A stretch of 64,000 nucleotides of DNA from positions 59,706,001-59,770,000 of the forward strand of contig OX597832.1 in the NCBI GenBank assembly GCA_951406725.2, written 5' to 3'. Position numbers and translations under genes: made by a program. Source of the DNA: Octopus vulgaris (Eukaryota). The notes under the pieces were generated by a model. That model saw nothing but the letters and a program-made list of their open reading frames with translations. It was not told the DNA's origin and made no database searches. Below are positions 14,174 to 26,979 of the stretch, piece by piece (the stretch's first letter is position 1; each line of letters starts with the position of its first letter).

Positions 14174-14565
14174 GCGCAGGAGTGACTGTGTTGTAAAAGA
14201 CTTCTCGACCACACGGTTCCGGGTTCAGTCCTACTGCGTAGCACCTTCGGTAAGTGCCTTCGCTATAGCCTCGTGTCGACCAAAGCTTTGTGAATGGATT
14301 TGGCGGACAGAAACTGAAAGATGTCCGTCTTAGATATGTATATGTATATATATGTAAGTATATCTTTGTATGCCTGTGTATGCCACCCCTACCATCGCTT
14401 GACAACTGATGTTAGTATGTTTACATCCCCGTAACTTAATAGTTCGGCAAAATGACCGATAGAATAAGTATTAGGCTTACAAAGAATAAGTCCTGGGTTC
14501 GATTTGTTGGACAAAAGGGGCTGCTCCAGCATGGTCATTTAAATGACCGAAATAGGTAAAAGAAT
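14174..14565 (+). mobile_element. SINE family B, near full length
   Basis: Collinear with 59872-60292. Confidence 0.85.
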
Positions 14566-15063
14566 ATATTTCTCTTATTGTTCTACCTCCCTTTCTCCCC
14601 TCGTGTTTCTTTTTTCTCACTTATCCTATCTCCAGTTTTTCCTCCCCCTTCACCCTCTCAACTTCGTTCTTCCTCTCTTGCTCACGTATTCTTGTCTGTG
14701 TCCTGTGCAAGCTTGATTTACGCGTTCGCCACCACAACCTCGTTTAGGCTTAGCAGCCCTTCCTATTTGTTTTCGCTGTGCTGTTTGTGTTAACAATTTT
14801 GACCCTCCGCAAAATGCGAAATTTTTTTTAATTTGCTTTGCGGGAGCAACTGTTTCATCGAAAGCGTATCTTGTTGTTAAATGCTCGAAATACGAGAGTA
14901 GAAAAACAGCCAACAACTGATGAAGCGTCCTTCTTTGTGTTGTTTATCTTGTTTTCCATTTGTGTCTTTCGTTGTTTGAAAAAATAGTTAATATTCCAGG
15001 TACTCGTACTTCGTATTTTTTGTTGTACACGTTTCGTGAAATCCTGTGCCCAAAAATGAATGA

Positions 15064-15194
<131 letters not shown>

Positions 15195-15343
15195 TAGAGA
15201 GAGATGGACAGACAAATAGACCGACAAACAGATATAGAGAGAATGAAAGAGATACATAGATGCATATATACATTCATATACATATATGTGTGGTTGTGGT
15301 ATGTATATACATGCATACATACAACACATATAGTATATATATG

Positions 15344-15391
<48 letters not shown>

Positions 15392-16084
15392 TACACACAT
15401 ATATATATATATATACTTATAAGAGGAAGAAAACGATGAAAAATTTCCTAATGTTTTACCCTTGTTGAAGCGTAGATATATTTGCTCATGTTTTATGTAT
15501 AAGATTTTATCTGTTTTTCCATTTTCTTTTAACAACAATTCCAGGAATTGGTTTTATTGTTGCTTGTTGTCTAATACGATTCAAAAGAATGTCTTCATTT
15601 TCTTGCAGAATGCCATTTTCAAGTATGAGCCAAACAAGCAAGAGTTTCCGGCCGCATTTGTTTGCCTCATGCTTAGTTCTGCTACACGGAAAACTCAAAA
15701 TAATTAGAACGCATATATATTTTCAATTTTTGTAAAAGCTTTTCCTGTAATCCTTTTTGATTTATTTATTTACAGGGAGCATTAAGGCTTTAAATAACTT
15801 GGGGTTTTATCAAATCTAAATGCGGTACTGAATGCCGGGTAGATCTCTTTTAAATACTCCTTTATCATTGGGTACGTTATTCCTAGACCATTCGATTTTT
15901 GTTTTCAGAAACTTTGACTTCTAACGTTAACTATTTTTTAGTATAGTTAACATTATAAGGAGTCATTTTCTTTGTAGCTTTAGTGTGATAGATTCATATC
16001 TCAAATATTGTAATGTTGTTATATTCGACTAAGGGTCATTATCTCAATATTATAGTTGGACTCAACAAGAAACAATCCATTCTA

Positions 16085-16605
16085 CCAAGCTGAAATAGAC
16101 TGAAAGTGGTTGGTGTAGGGTTAACTTGGCTGGCATAGGATTAATCTATCTGGTACAGATTGATCCTAACTAGTATAGGTTATATTTATCTGGTGGGGTT
16201 GAATCTATGTGGTACAGGTTGAACCTAGCTGTTATATGTTGAGCTGGTATAGGCTGATACCAGCTGCTATACGATTAACATATGGTATATGCTGAACCTA
16301 GCTGCTACAGATTGAACCCAGGGCTAAGTTGAATTTAGCTTGAATAACATGAGCCTAGCTGGTTTAGATTGATCGTATCTAGTACCGGTTGAACATAGTT
16401 GGTATAGGATGAATCTAGCCGGCATAGGAGGAATTTGACCCCAACTAGCTGGTGTAAGTTAATTCCAGTTGGTGTAGGCTGATTTTAGCTTGTATAGGAT
16501 GAACTTAGGCGATATAGATTGAACTTAGTGGATGTAGGTTGATCTCAGCTGATATAGAATGAACGTATCTCGTATAGGTTGATATTGGCTGGTTTAGGCT
16601 GTAGC
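16085..16605. repeat. Degenerate 20-bp minisatellite, consensus approximately CTGGTATAGGTTGAACCTAG, about 25 units
   Basis: Periodic TGGTATAGG/TTGAA/CTAG motifs at about 20-nt spacing. Confidence 0.8.
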
Positions 16606-17284
16606 ATCACTAATGCAGTTGCATCTGCTGTTGCTCTTTTCTTGCCAAACGTAAACAGATACATTCTAGCTATGACCATCTCGTCAGCTTTCCAAACGGA
16701 GTTCACTGGGAAACACGTTATCCTTCGTGATCCACCTTTTTCAAGATTCTAACGACTTATTTGAAGAGTATGTTGTTCCTGTTATTTCTAGTTTGTCAAC
16801 CATCAACATATAATTTGCCTCGCTGTCTCATTAATATAATTAATTTGCGTGTTAAAAGCGGTATAGCCTACCATCCGTACAGTGCACTTACGAGTACAAT
16901 ATTCAATGTTGCCACTTTCATGATGGTATAGTGGTATCTAACGAAGATTTGCCTTCGTATCTACTTGTCAGGCGACAACGTAAACGTTCCTTCGCAGACT
17001 TAGCACAAATACATGTGTTTGTTCAATGAAGAGCTTTATGTTTCAATCATGGCCTAAGGAAGGACATCCGTTAAAGTCTGTTCAGTGTATTTTGAAAAAC
17101 GTTTAAAATAAGTATCTACCAGGAAACGCTTTTTACTGCAGGAAGCAGTGGTACTATAGTGTGACAATAAACATGACTGCTTCTTTAAATGTCAATGATT
17201 CGTTTAAAGATGGTCAGAGGATCCAGGTGATCAGCTGGCATATTTGATGGTGCGTAGGACAAAATACCTAAGTTCCTGATTTCT

Positions 17285-17704
17285 TATTTCTGTACTGCCC
17301 ACAAGGGACTTCGGACAGAGGGGACAAAAAAATGAAAGACAACTGGATTAAGTCGATTATATCGACTCCAGTGCGTAACTGGTACTTATTTAATCGACCC
17401 CGAAAGGATGAAAGACAAAGTCGACCTCGGCGGAACTTGAACTCAGAACGTAGCGACAGACAAAATACCTATTTCTTTACTACCTACAAGGGGCTAAACA
17501 CAGAGATGACAAACAAGGACAGACAAACGGATTAAGTCTATTATATCGACCTCAGTGCGTAACTGGTACTTAATTTATCGACCCCGAAAGGCTGAAAGGC
17601 AAAGTCGACCTCGGCGGAATTTGAACTCAGAACGTAGCGACAGACAAAATACCGATAAGCATTTCGCCCGGCGTGCTAACGATTCTGCCAGCTCGCCGCC
17701 TTCA
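17285..17704 (-). mobile_element. SINE family A with internally repeated modules and a 15-bp TSD
   Basis: AAGTTCCTGATTTCT at 17270-17284 and 17705-17719; core motif occurs twice. Confidence 0.9.
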
Positions 17705-18439
17705 AAGTTCCTGATTTCTGAACGGTGACTTGAAATCCAGCAAATGTTAACTTTTCTATCCTCATGAAATGAAGTACCCAGTTCACATTGATGGATTAGA
17801 GGACGAGGTAGCTCGCACCTTCTCCCTCGCACCGCCTCTTTGCGTTCTGTGTTTTGGGGTGTTAGAGTTGAACCATTGTTGAGTGTAACTCAGCCATCTG
17901 GTTCCTTTAATGATGTTAGCGGAGCATACTCATTATTTTTTGTGCATTCCGACGAGATTTTTTTAGCTTGTGGGGACCCGAATCAAATGCATGAAACAAC
18001 CTTGGCAGTTCTGAAAGTAAGAAAGATATGATTCTCAACGATAAATTGATAAAAGAAAGAAAGAGGGGGAGAGAGAGAGAGAGAAAGAGCGAAAGAGAGA
18101 TAGAGAGGGGGAGAGAGTGAACGAAAATAGAAAAAGAAATTCTATGAATGTAGGCACAGGAAATGAATCTGAAACAAAACCGTCGCTAATTCGCCATCAT
18201 TTCACAACCTACCATCTTTTGAAGAGAGAAGGACCCATTGGATAATGTAGTCCTACGTATACTGTGGTTATAAAAACAAGGACAAAAATAAACTATACGG
18301 TCTGATCACACCTGGAAGGCTTTTTGGTCTGTACAATGAGAGATAATCTGAGGCGATGGAACAACAACGTAACAACAACAACAACAGCAAGACATTAGCA
18401 GCAGCGGCAGCTGCAACAACATTAACAAGCATAATTGTA

Positions 18440-18927
18440 AGTGGAAGAGACAAAATGATGGAACATGGAAAAGAGTCAGAGGAAAGAAACATAGAGAGAG
18501 GATTGATAAGTGGAAGGGAAGGACAGAGATGAGAGTAAGGTGATGAAGAAAGAGAGGAAGACAAGGAGAGAGAGAGTAAGGTGATAGAAGAAGGAGAAGG
18601 AGGAGGAGGAGGGGGAGGGGAGGAGAAGAAGAGGAAGGAGAGGAAGAACTGGAGGGGGAAGAAGAAGGAGGAGGAGAAGGAAGAAGAAGAAGAAGAAGAA
18701 GAAGAAGAAGAAGAAGGAGGAGGAGGAAGAGGAGGTGGAGGAGAAGGAAGAAGAAGAAAAAGAAGAAGAAAGAGAAAGAGAAAGAGAAGGAAGAAGAAAA
18801 AGAAGGATGAGGAGAAGGAAGAAGGAAGGAGAAGAAGAAGAAGAAGAAGAAGAAGAAGAAGAAGAAGAAGAAGAAGAAGAAGGAGAAGAAGAAGAAGAGG
18901 GAGAAGAAGAAGAAGAAGAAGAAGAAG

Positions 18928-18959
<32 letters not shown>

Positions 18960-19475
18960 GAAGAAGAAGGTAGAGGAGGAGGAAAAAGGGAGAAGTGCCA
19001 TCGGATAAATACAGAAAGACATAAAAAGAAACAAAGAGAGTGCGGTACGCAAGAGCAATACTGACGTAGTCTTTTCTCCTCTTTTTCACGCTCTCTCTCT
19101 CTCTCTCTCTCTTTCTCTTTCTCTCTCTCTCTCTGTCTTTCACTGTTTCTCTTTCTCCGTTTTTTTTATATTTTCCCTTGTCTTGCCTTTTTGTCTTTCT
19201 CACGTCATATTTTGGCCTCAGAAGAAGAGAAGTAGCGTATGACAGGAGAGTGTGAGGAGAAAAGAAGAGAGAAAAGAAAAGATGGTGTGGTCGTGAGGAA
19301 TCGAGAAAGAGCTAGAAACAGAGGTGAAATGGAAAAAGAAAGAGAGAGAGAGAATGTAGAGAAAGAGGGTAGAGGGGAAAGAGAGAGAGAGAGTAAAGAA
19401 TGGGAGAATGTAGGGAGGAAAGGAGAGAGGGTAGAAAGAACGCATAGAGTGAGAGGGATCAGAGAAGAAGCGGGT

Positions 19476-19509
<34 letters not shown>

Positions 19510-20329
19510 AAAGAGGGAGAGGGCAGAAAGAGCGCAGAGAAAGACGGAGAGAGAGAGAGATCAGGGAGAGATGGGGGAGGGAGAGAAATCGAGGGAGAGA
19601 GAGAAGGAGAGCAGTGATAGAGAGGGACAGACCAGACCGAGATCAGAGATAGGCGAGGAGAAAGATGTCAGACGAAATGAAGTGTACGTAGAGAGAGAGA
19701 AAGAATCAGAGATAGAGAGAAAGAGGGAAAGATCAGAGAGAGAGGGGGAGAGAACGGAGAGGGAGAAAGATCGAGGGAAAGAAAGAAGGGGAGGAGAGAG
19801 AGAGAGAGCAGAGAGAAAGAGGGCGAGATCAGAGAGGGAGAGGGCGAGATCAGAGAGAGAGAAGAGAGAGAGGGTGGTAGAGAGCAGCGAGAAAGAGGGA
19901 GAGATCAGAGAGAGCGAGAGGGAGAGAGATCGAGAGAGAAAGAGAAAGAGAAGGGAGAGAGCAGAGAGAGAGAGTGGTAGAGAGCAGCGAGAAAGAGGGA
20001 GAGATCAGAGAGAGCGAGAGGAGGAGAGATCGAGAGAGAAAAAGAAAGAGAAGAGAGAGACAGAGGGAGAGAGCAGAGAGAAAGACGGAGAGATCAGAGA
20101 GAACGAGAGGAGGAGAGATCGAGAGAGAAAAAGAAAGAGAAGAGAGAAAGGAGGTGAGATCAGAATGAAAGTGAGAGAGAAAGAGGGAGAGAGCAGAGAG
20201 AGATAGGGAAAGAGCAGAGAGAAAGAGGGAGAGATCAGAGAGAGATAGGCGAGGAGGAAGATAGACGAAATGAAGTGTACGTAGAGAGGGACAAAGAATG
20301 AGAGAAAGGGAGATGAAAAGAGAGAGGCG

Positions 20330-20374
<45 letters not shown>

Positions 20375-20385
20375 AAGACAAAAGG
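18440..20385. repeat. Polypurine/polypyrimidine low-complexity block ((GAA)n, (GA)n, GAGATC-punctuated higher-order repeats)
   Basis: Direct inspection; AGACGAAATGAAGTGTACGTAGAGAG occurs near 19669 and again near 20263. Confidence 0.9.
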
Positions 20386-20777
20386 AAGTGTGCGCCATAT
20401 TTAAAACTATAAAGAGGGTGGAGCGTAAAAGAAATATTTAAAACAAAACAATAAAAGAGAAAATTGCCGTCGTAATGGCTTCGACAATAGTTCTGTCATT
20501 TCCGGGTTTTTGGTTGTTGTGGTCGGGTGGATTGGGTGAGGGGAGAGAAATAAAGATCATTCACCTCCAAACATACCCGGCTAATTAAAGAACACAACAC
20601 TGGGCGTTTGCGTGTGCATGTGTATTTGCGAGCGCGCACTGTGTATGTATGTATGTATGTATGTATGTATGTATGTATGTATGTATGTATGTATGTATGT
20701 ATGTATGTATGTATGTATGTATCTAAGTATGTATGTATGTATGTACGCGTGCATGTATGTATGTCTGCATGCATGTT

Positions 20778-20809
<32 letters not shown>

Positions 20810-21132
20810 TGTACACAAAAACGTGTGCGTATTGTTACCAGTGTGTGTGTAGTGAGTGTGTGTTTATGTAGTGTGTACGCGCGTGTGTTTAGTGTGTGTG
20901 TCTATGTATCTAGTGCGTGTGTGTGTGTGTATTTGTGTGTTTTATGAATGTATGTATGCACACAATGACGTGTGTGTGTGTGTTGTTACCATAGTATCTG
21001 CATAGTGTGTGTGTATAGTGTGTGTGTGTCTATGTATCTAGTGCGTGTGTGTGTGTATTTGTGTGTATTATGAATGTATGTATGTACACAAATATGTGTG
21101 TGTGTGTGTATTGTTACCATAGTGTGCATATA

Positions 21133-21179
<47 letters not shown>

Positions 21180-21414
21180 GTGTGTGTTTTGCTTTATTTT
21201 TAAATAACCCTGGAAAATTCAACTGAAACAAAGAAACCATCTGTTTAAAAATTGCAGTGGTAGTAGTAGAAGCAGCAACAGCAGCAACAACAACAACAAC
21301 AACACCAACAGCAGCAGCAACAACAACACCAACAGCAGCAGCAACAACAGCAGCAGAAACTGAAATTTCTCATTTTAGTAGAAACAGAATCGACAACTGC
21401 TACTACTGCTGCTG

Positions 21415-21466
<52 letters not shown>

Positions 21467-21485
21467 CACCACCACCACCACCACC

Positions 21486-21541
<56 letters not shown>

Positions 21542-21707
21542 AGAGCTTACCGGTGACCGTAGCTACGACATCCGCAGCATCTTCAGCAGTTACACTCGAT
21601 CACAATAAAAAGAATATTGTTCTTAATAGACAACAATCAATGTGCTGTGTGAGTGTATATAAGCCTACGTAATTATATATACGTTTATATATATAGATAA
21701 ATAGAAT

Positions 21708-21782
<75 letters not shown>

Positions 21783-21803
21783 GGATGGATGGATGGATGG
21801 ATG

Positions 21804-21870
<67 letters not shown>

Positions 21871-21940
21871 GGATGGATAGATGGATGGATCGATGGATGA
21901 ATCGATAGATGGCTGGATAGATAGCTAGATAGATAGATAT

Positions 21941-22030
<90 letters not shown>

Positions 22031-22246
22031 GGATAGATAGATGGATGGATAGACGGATCGATAGACAGATAGATATGTAACTGTATTTTTATCGGTTGAT
22101 CTATAAATACCAGCATGTAAATATTTGGGTTAAAAATGTCCTTTGGGTAGGAACAGTCAAAGGTTGCCGGGTTCCGCGGGTCGTCTTCGACTTTTTCTCA
22201 TTATTATTTGTGACTTTTCTACCGTTCAAATATAAGAAACGAAATG

Positions 22247-22284
22247 TTTCACTTTCTCTCGAAGTTTCTAAGTTCTTATGTTGT

Positions 22285-22325
<41 letters not shown>

Positions 22326-22462
22326 CGTAAACAATATATGCACACATGCATGAACAAATACATGTATATACATATGTACATACATACATACTTATATACA
22401 AGCATACCTACATACAACGAAATATTTCACCTTCTCTCGAAGTTTCTAAATTCTTATGTCGT

Positions 22463-22542
<80 letters not shown>

Positions 22543-22632
22543 GTAAACAATATATACACACATGCATGAACAAATACATGTATATACATATGTATATACA
22601 TACATGCATACATACAAACATACCTACATACA
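22247..22632. repeat. Local tandem duplication (unit about 180-200 bp)
   Basis: TTCTCTCGAAGTTTCTAA.TTCTTATGT.GTCAACAA(TA)n(TG)nCGTAAACAATATA...CATGCATGAACAAATACATG occurs twice. Confidence 0.85.
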
Positions 22633-22636
22633 ATTG

Positions 22637-23075
22637 TTAGTAATTGTGATTGAAGTCGCAGGGTAGCACCTACATTGCTACGATTAAGAATTAAAAAATT
22701 CTTAGCTGCAAAGAAACAGAGTTCCATACACTGAGAGGGGAGTGAATTTTTGCTTACGGTTTTATACTGCGTGTAGCCGCGTTTGTTATTTTACAAATTT
22801 CACCTTACCATTTTGCTGAATTCGTCATAGATTCATATAGTAAATACTGAATACTGTTAGTCGGGATATAGCTAAACCATCCAGCAATTAAATAGTCACT
22901 AGTGATAGGCTTAAATGTAAGTGGAACTAGACAAGTATAGTGATCTCGCTCACTGTGGGGCTGTTATCTCCCCCTTCAGTGTATGGAACTGTGCTTCTGT
23001 GCAGCTAAGGGTTTTTTTAACTCTCGTTTCTAACATTGCAGATGCTACCCTGCAACGTCAGTCACGATTAGTAAC
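22637..23075. repeat. Old inverted repeat pair (about 110 bp), with a third copy at about 44140-44240
   Basis: GCAGGGTAGCA.CT.CA.TG.TA and CTTAGCTGCA.AGAA.CA.AGTTCCATACACTGA occur in both orientations. Confidence 0.7.
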
Positions 23076-23636
23076 CAGAGAAGTTTTCCTTTTTGGTTCT
23101 ATACTGCGTTAGCCTCCTTTGTTATTTTACATGCATAACATCTATGTACCCGTTACTTCACTCGATTGGTAATTCTTGAGTTCCCTTCGTCTGCAGCCGA
23201 AACACGTGTCGGATTGAAATTTTATGTGAATTTGATTTTTTGATTTTTTTATTCTTTTACTTGCTTCAGTCATTTGACTGCAGCAGCCAAGCTGGAGCAC
23301 GGCCTTTAGTCGAGCTGATTGACGCCAAGACTACAACGACTACCACCACCACCACCACCATCACCGCCACTACTACTACTACCTCCGGGATCATCACCAC
23401 AGGTGTTGCTTCGGTGGTTTCTATGGTTACATCTGCTATTTAATAGAAAAGATGTGACATTGTTTTTTTGATGTTCCTCTCTAATTCCCATGGATTATCT
23501 ATTTCGATAAAGATACCAGTAATATACGCAAATCCAACCAGGAAAGTATAAAGAGGATATTTCTTTATTGTTTCATTTAATTGTCTTCCAATGTCTGGTC
23601 GATCATCTGGCAGTCATCCTTTCTCACTCTCTAATT

Positions 23637-23801
23637 CAGTGGTTCCTAACTTGTGGTCCGCGGACCCCTCGTGGTCCGCAAAGGTAGTACTGGGAGTCTG
23701 AGAACATGTTAAGCTGACAGACCTTTCAATATCCTGGGTTCCGCGGGAAAACTCATTTAAATAAAAGCTGTCCTTGCTAGTGAAAAGGTTGGGAAGCGCT
23801 G
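23637..23801. mobile_element. hAT (Charlie-like) MITE
   Basis: Termini CAGTGGTTCCTAAC / GTTGGGAAGCGCTG; 8-bp TSD CTCTAATT / CTCTAAAT. Confidence 0.8.
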
Positions 23802-23824
23802 CTCTAAATATTAAGTGAAAGAAA

Positions 23825-24037
23825 GGCGGCCAGCTGGCAGAATCGTTAGCACGCCGCGCAAAATGCTTAGCAGTATTTTGTCTGTCGCTACGTTCTGAGT
23901 TCAGATTCCGCCGAGGTCGACTTTGCCTTTCATCTTTTCGGAGTCGATAAATTAAGTACCAGTAGCGTACAGGGGTCGATGTAATCGACTGAAACCTTCC
24001 TCGCAAATTTTGGGCCTTGTGCCTAGATTAGAAAAGA
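23825..24037 (+). mobile_element. SINE family A, full length
   Basis: GGCGGCCAGCTGGCAGAATCGTTAGCACG head; diverged flanking duplication AATATTAA.TG.AAGAA. Confidence 0.9.
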
Positions 24038-24339
24038 ATATTAAATGGAAGAATAAAAACAGAACGGCGCACACCCTATTGGATACCTGTTAAATCTATT
24101 TTCGGTTCGAAATTTTTCCTTTCGAAGAGATTTAACTTCTGACGAGAAACCTACGAATAACTCTCCATTTTTAATATATCCTTTCCTGTTCTTGTTGTTG
24201 TTGACGGTGATGAGATGTTAAACCGACACATTACTACAAATGCTTACTGCAATTAGTTGCTCATATGACCTGAAGTACATATTTTCAACTAGGTTTTATT
24301 GTGAATTTGTATGGGACTCCATGCTAAAATTATAGAGTC

Positions 24340-24695
24340 TCCGTAAGGAAAATGCATTAGTAAAAAGCTGATGATACGTAACCAAGAAGATTTATATTTA
24401 GCTAATTCCCTAAAATTCATTCTGTTAAGATTTGCGAATGTGCTAAGATCTTATTTTTTTAAATATATTTTTTGGCAATCTTCTAAGTCGAAGCGTCCTT
24501 GATGCCCGATCGTACGATACCTCCCAATTTTTCCAGTCTACTGAACTGTAAGCAGGCACCATGCTGTTCAAACTCACTACTAGGAGGCGTTTCAGTACTG
24601 CTAGACTGGTTAGAAATTTGGTTGCTCCTAGTGAAGTCTTCAATCCCTCATATGGGGAGCTTCTTCAAAGAGACTGTCTTCTCATCCAGTGGGTA
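24340..24695. repeat. Diverged direct repeat, copy 1 (about 350 bp)
   Basis: Collinear with 26980-27325 (TGCTAGACTGGTTAG, TCCCTCATATGGG.AGCTTCTT.AAAG.GACTGTCTTC.CATCCAG). Confidence 0.85.
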
Positions 24696-24762
24696 ATTTG
24701 TTTTTACTGTTATTGGGAACCACAGGCACGAGTTGTTAAACTACCCTCCTTTACTTATATTC

Positions 24763-24818
<56 letters not shown>

Positions 24819-24859
24819 TAATTAGGTTACGTTTTCCACAGTAGATAGGCGGTAGTGTG

Positions 24860-25048
24860 TCAGATGTGGGGGAATGTGCTGTTGCCGTGCGTTGTTGTAT
24901 TCACCATTCCTCGGTATATTCCCAGGTCCTTCAGCGCGACCCGTCGAGCAGAATCCCTGTCAGTCCCCATCTTCTTAAGATACCTCCTTGCCAACGCGAG
25001 CCGTGAACACACTCGGGTCGTCAGTGAAGAGAACAAGAAAAGTAGGGT
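24860..25048 (-). CDS. Candidate terminal coding exon of an unidentified gene (62 aa + stop)
   Basis: GC-richer non-repetitive island; acceptor ttttccgaactAG; open frame TLLFLFSSLTTRVCSRLALARRYLKKMGTDRDSARRVALKDLGIYRGMVNTTTHGNSTFPHI*; the in-register antisense frame is also open; family not recognised. Confidence 0.45.
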   Translation of the reverse strand, partial: TLLFLFSSLTTRVCSRLALARRYLKKMGTDRDSARRVALKDLGIYRGMVNTTTHGNSTFPHI

Positions 25049-25475
25049 CTAGTTCGGAAAATCGAGCATTATGACCAAACAGCTCCCGAATCATACGGGT
25101 ATGGTACGCGGCAGCAAAACAATTTAACATCTGTTGCAGTTGTCTACAATAAACAACTGCAAAGCAGAACAGTTTCTGGAATGATGCAACTGTAAAAGAA
25201 TCGATTCTACAAAGAAGTCTCCGTATAGTTGAAACAATTTCTGAAGTAAGATATTAAAAAAAATGGAGAAAAAAAAGTTTTCCCCGTAGTTAGCTTTAGT
25301 AGAATTTTAAGTTAATTACGCACTAACTTATTTAATGTAGTGTATCAAACAACGAAAATTAATTAACTTTTTTTCTTAGTTAATTACATTATGTTTGCGG
25401 CGATTTAACTAATTTGTTCTTGTAGAATATGTCTGTGGGTTAAATCTCAATCAGTCCTTATTTTCGATAGAGGAA

Positions 25476-25690
25476 GGCGGCGAGCTGGCAGCATTTTTAC
25501 TGCATCAGACAAAATGCTTTGCGGCGTTTTTTCCGGCATTATTTACGTTCTCAGTTCAAATTCTGCCGAGATCGACTTCGTTTTTCATCCCCTTTCGAGA
25601 GCAATAAAATAGAGTACCATTCAGGCTCTGGGGGTCGGTGCAATCCATTAATTTCCTCCCACTTTTTCGCTGGTCAAAATTAGAAAGAAT
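25476..25690 (+). mobile_element. Diverged SINE family A
   Basis: GGCGGCGAGCTGGCAG head and GTTCAAATTCTGCCGAG. Confidence 0.8.
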
Positions 25691-25812
25691 TATTTTTAAT
25701 GGGGAAACGTTTTGTGTCATAGAAGTCTTTGGTAAATATCAGTTTCCCCGTCTTCTGTTCTTGCTACTAAAGCTGTTTTGCTGTTTAATTCCAAATCTTG
25801 AGCAGAATTACG

Positions 25813-26377
25813 GGATCTTTACATTTTGACCGACAGATTTTTAAAATATTTTTTTGTAACTAAACACTTTCAAACTTCGGGTACTACTTCAATGGAGTGT
25901 ATTCAGCTGAAATTACTGCCGTTGTTTGTCAACAACTATCGGCGGCGTATTTTTCGTTTGTCACTGTTATTTATGACATCGTTCGTGCATTTGTACTGGT
26001 TTTAGGGTTGGGTTTTTAGGATTACGGTTAGGGTTTTAGGATTAGGGTTAAAGTTTTAGGGTTAGGGTCAGGGTTAAGGTTTTAGGGTTAGGGCTAGGGT
26101 TGTCATAAATAACAGTGACAAACGAAATGTACATCGCCGGAAGTTCTTGTTCACAAACAACAGCAGTAATTTTATTCAGCTGAATACACGTCATTGATTG
26201 GTTGAAATTACCGAAATACAACTTTAACGTGAAATAACTTCCTAAATATAAGCTTTTCTCAAAAACGCTAAGAGTAAAAGATGTTTTATATGACACATTC
26301 TACCAGTGTCCGAAGTTTGAAAGTGTTTAGTTACAAAAAAATAGTTTTTAAATCTGTCGGTCAAAAGGTAAAGATCC
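25813..26377. mobile_element. Fold-back MITE with TIRs of about 57 bp, an 8-bp TSD, inner inverted repeats and a TTAGGG-like core
   Basis: GGATCTTTAC.TTTTGACCGACAGATTT... / ...AAATCTGTCGGTCAAAAGGTAAAGATCC; flanks GAATTACG / GAATTATG; inner inverted repeat 25897-25978 versus 26101-26189. Confidence 0.85.
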
Positions 26378-26979
26378 GAATTATGATTTAAGGCGCTTCC
26401 TTTTCACGTCTTTTCCCTATGTTCCAGCAACCCAGGACCGCATAATTTTCTCACATGTCCTTTCTCTAAGACTTCGGACTGTGATGAATGAGAGTTTTCT
26501 CTGCTATTTCTACCATCTCGTATGTCCACTTAATGGCACTCCGAAACCTACGTTAGATGGATATATTTCCTAGTAACTAGTGAATATTAAACTAGTGTTT
26601 GTTTTGAGAGATTTCTTAATGTACTCTTTTTTGTTTCGTTTTGTTTGTTTGTTTTTATAGTATACAAAGTGAACAGATAAAAGTTTTACGTATTCGAGAG
26701 CTACTGTAGTTAACAACACATTATTCAAATGCATTTTTGTATAGTGAGAGAGCCATGGACGGTAACATACTTGGTGCAGCAGGGAAAACCCTGAAAGACC
26801 TCCATTCTCTATTTAACACAACAATGCATTGTATATATGGCGCGGAAGACACTTAACGCATTTCCCACTGACAAGGACCCATTTTCTTTTGAAATACGCC
26901 TCAAAAACACACCGTTCGTCGTAAGACAATTTACATTCCAGTTGTCTAGAGGATTCCTTATACTAAATTTACAATGTTT

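Noticed and set aside
16085-16605. CRISPR array or coding repeat
   Set aside because: Eukaryotic context, no unique spacers, period not a multiple of 3
25997-26101. True telomere or chromosome fusion site
   Set aside because: Short, degenerate and enclosed within a TIR element
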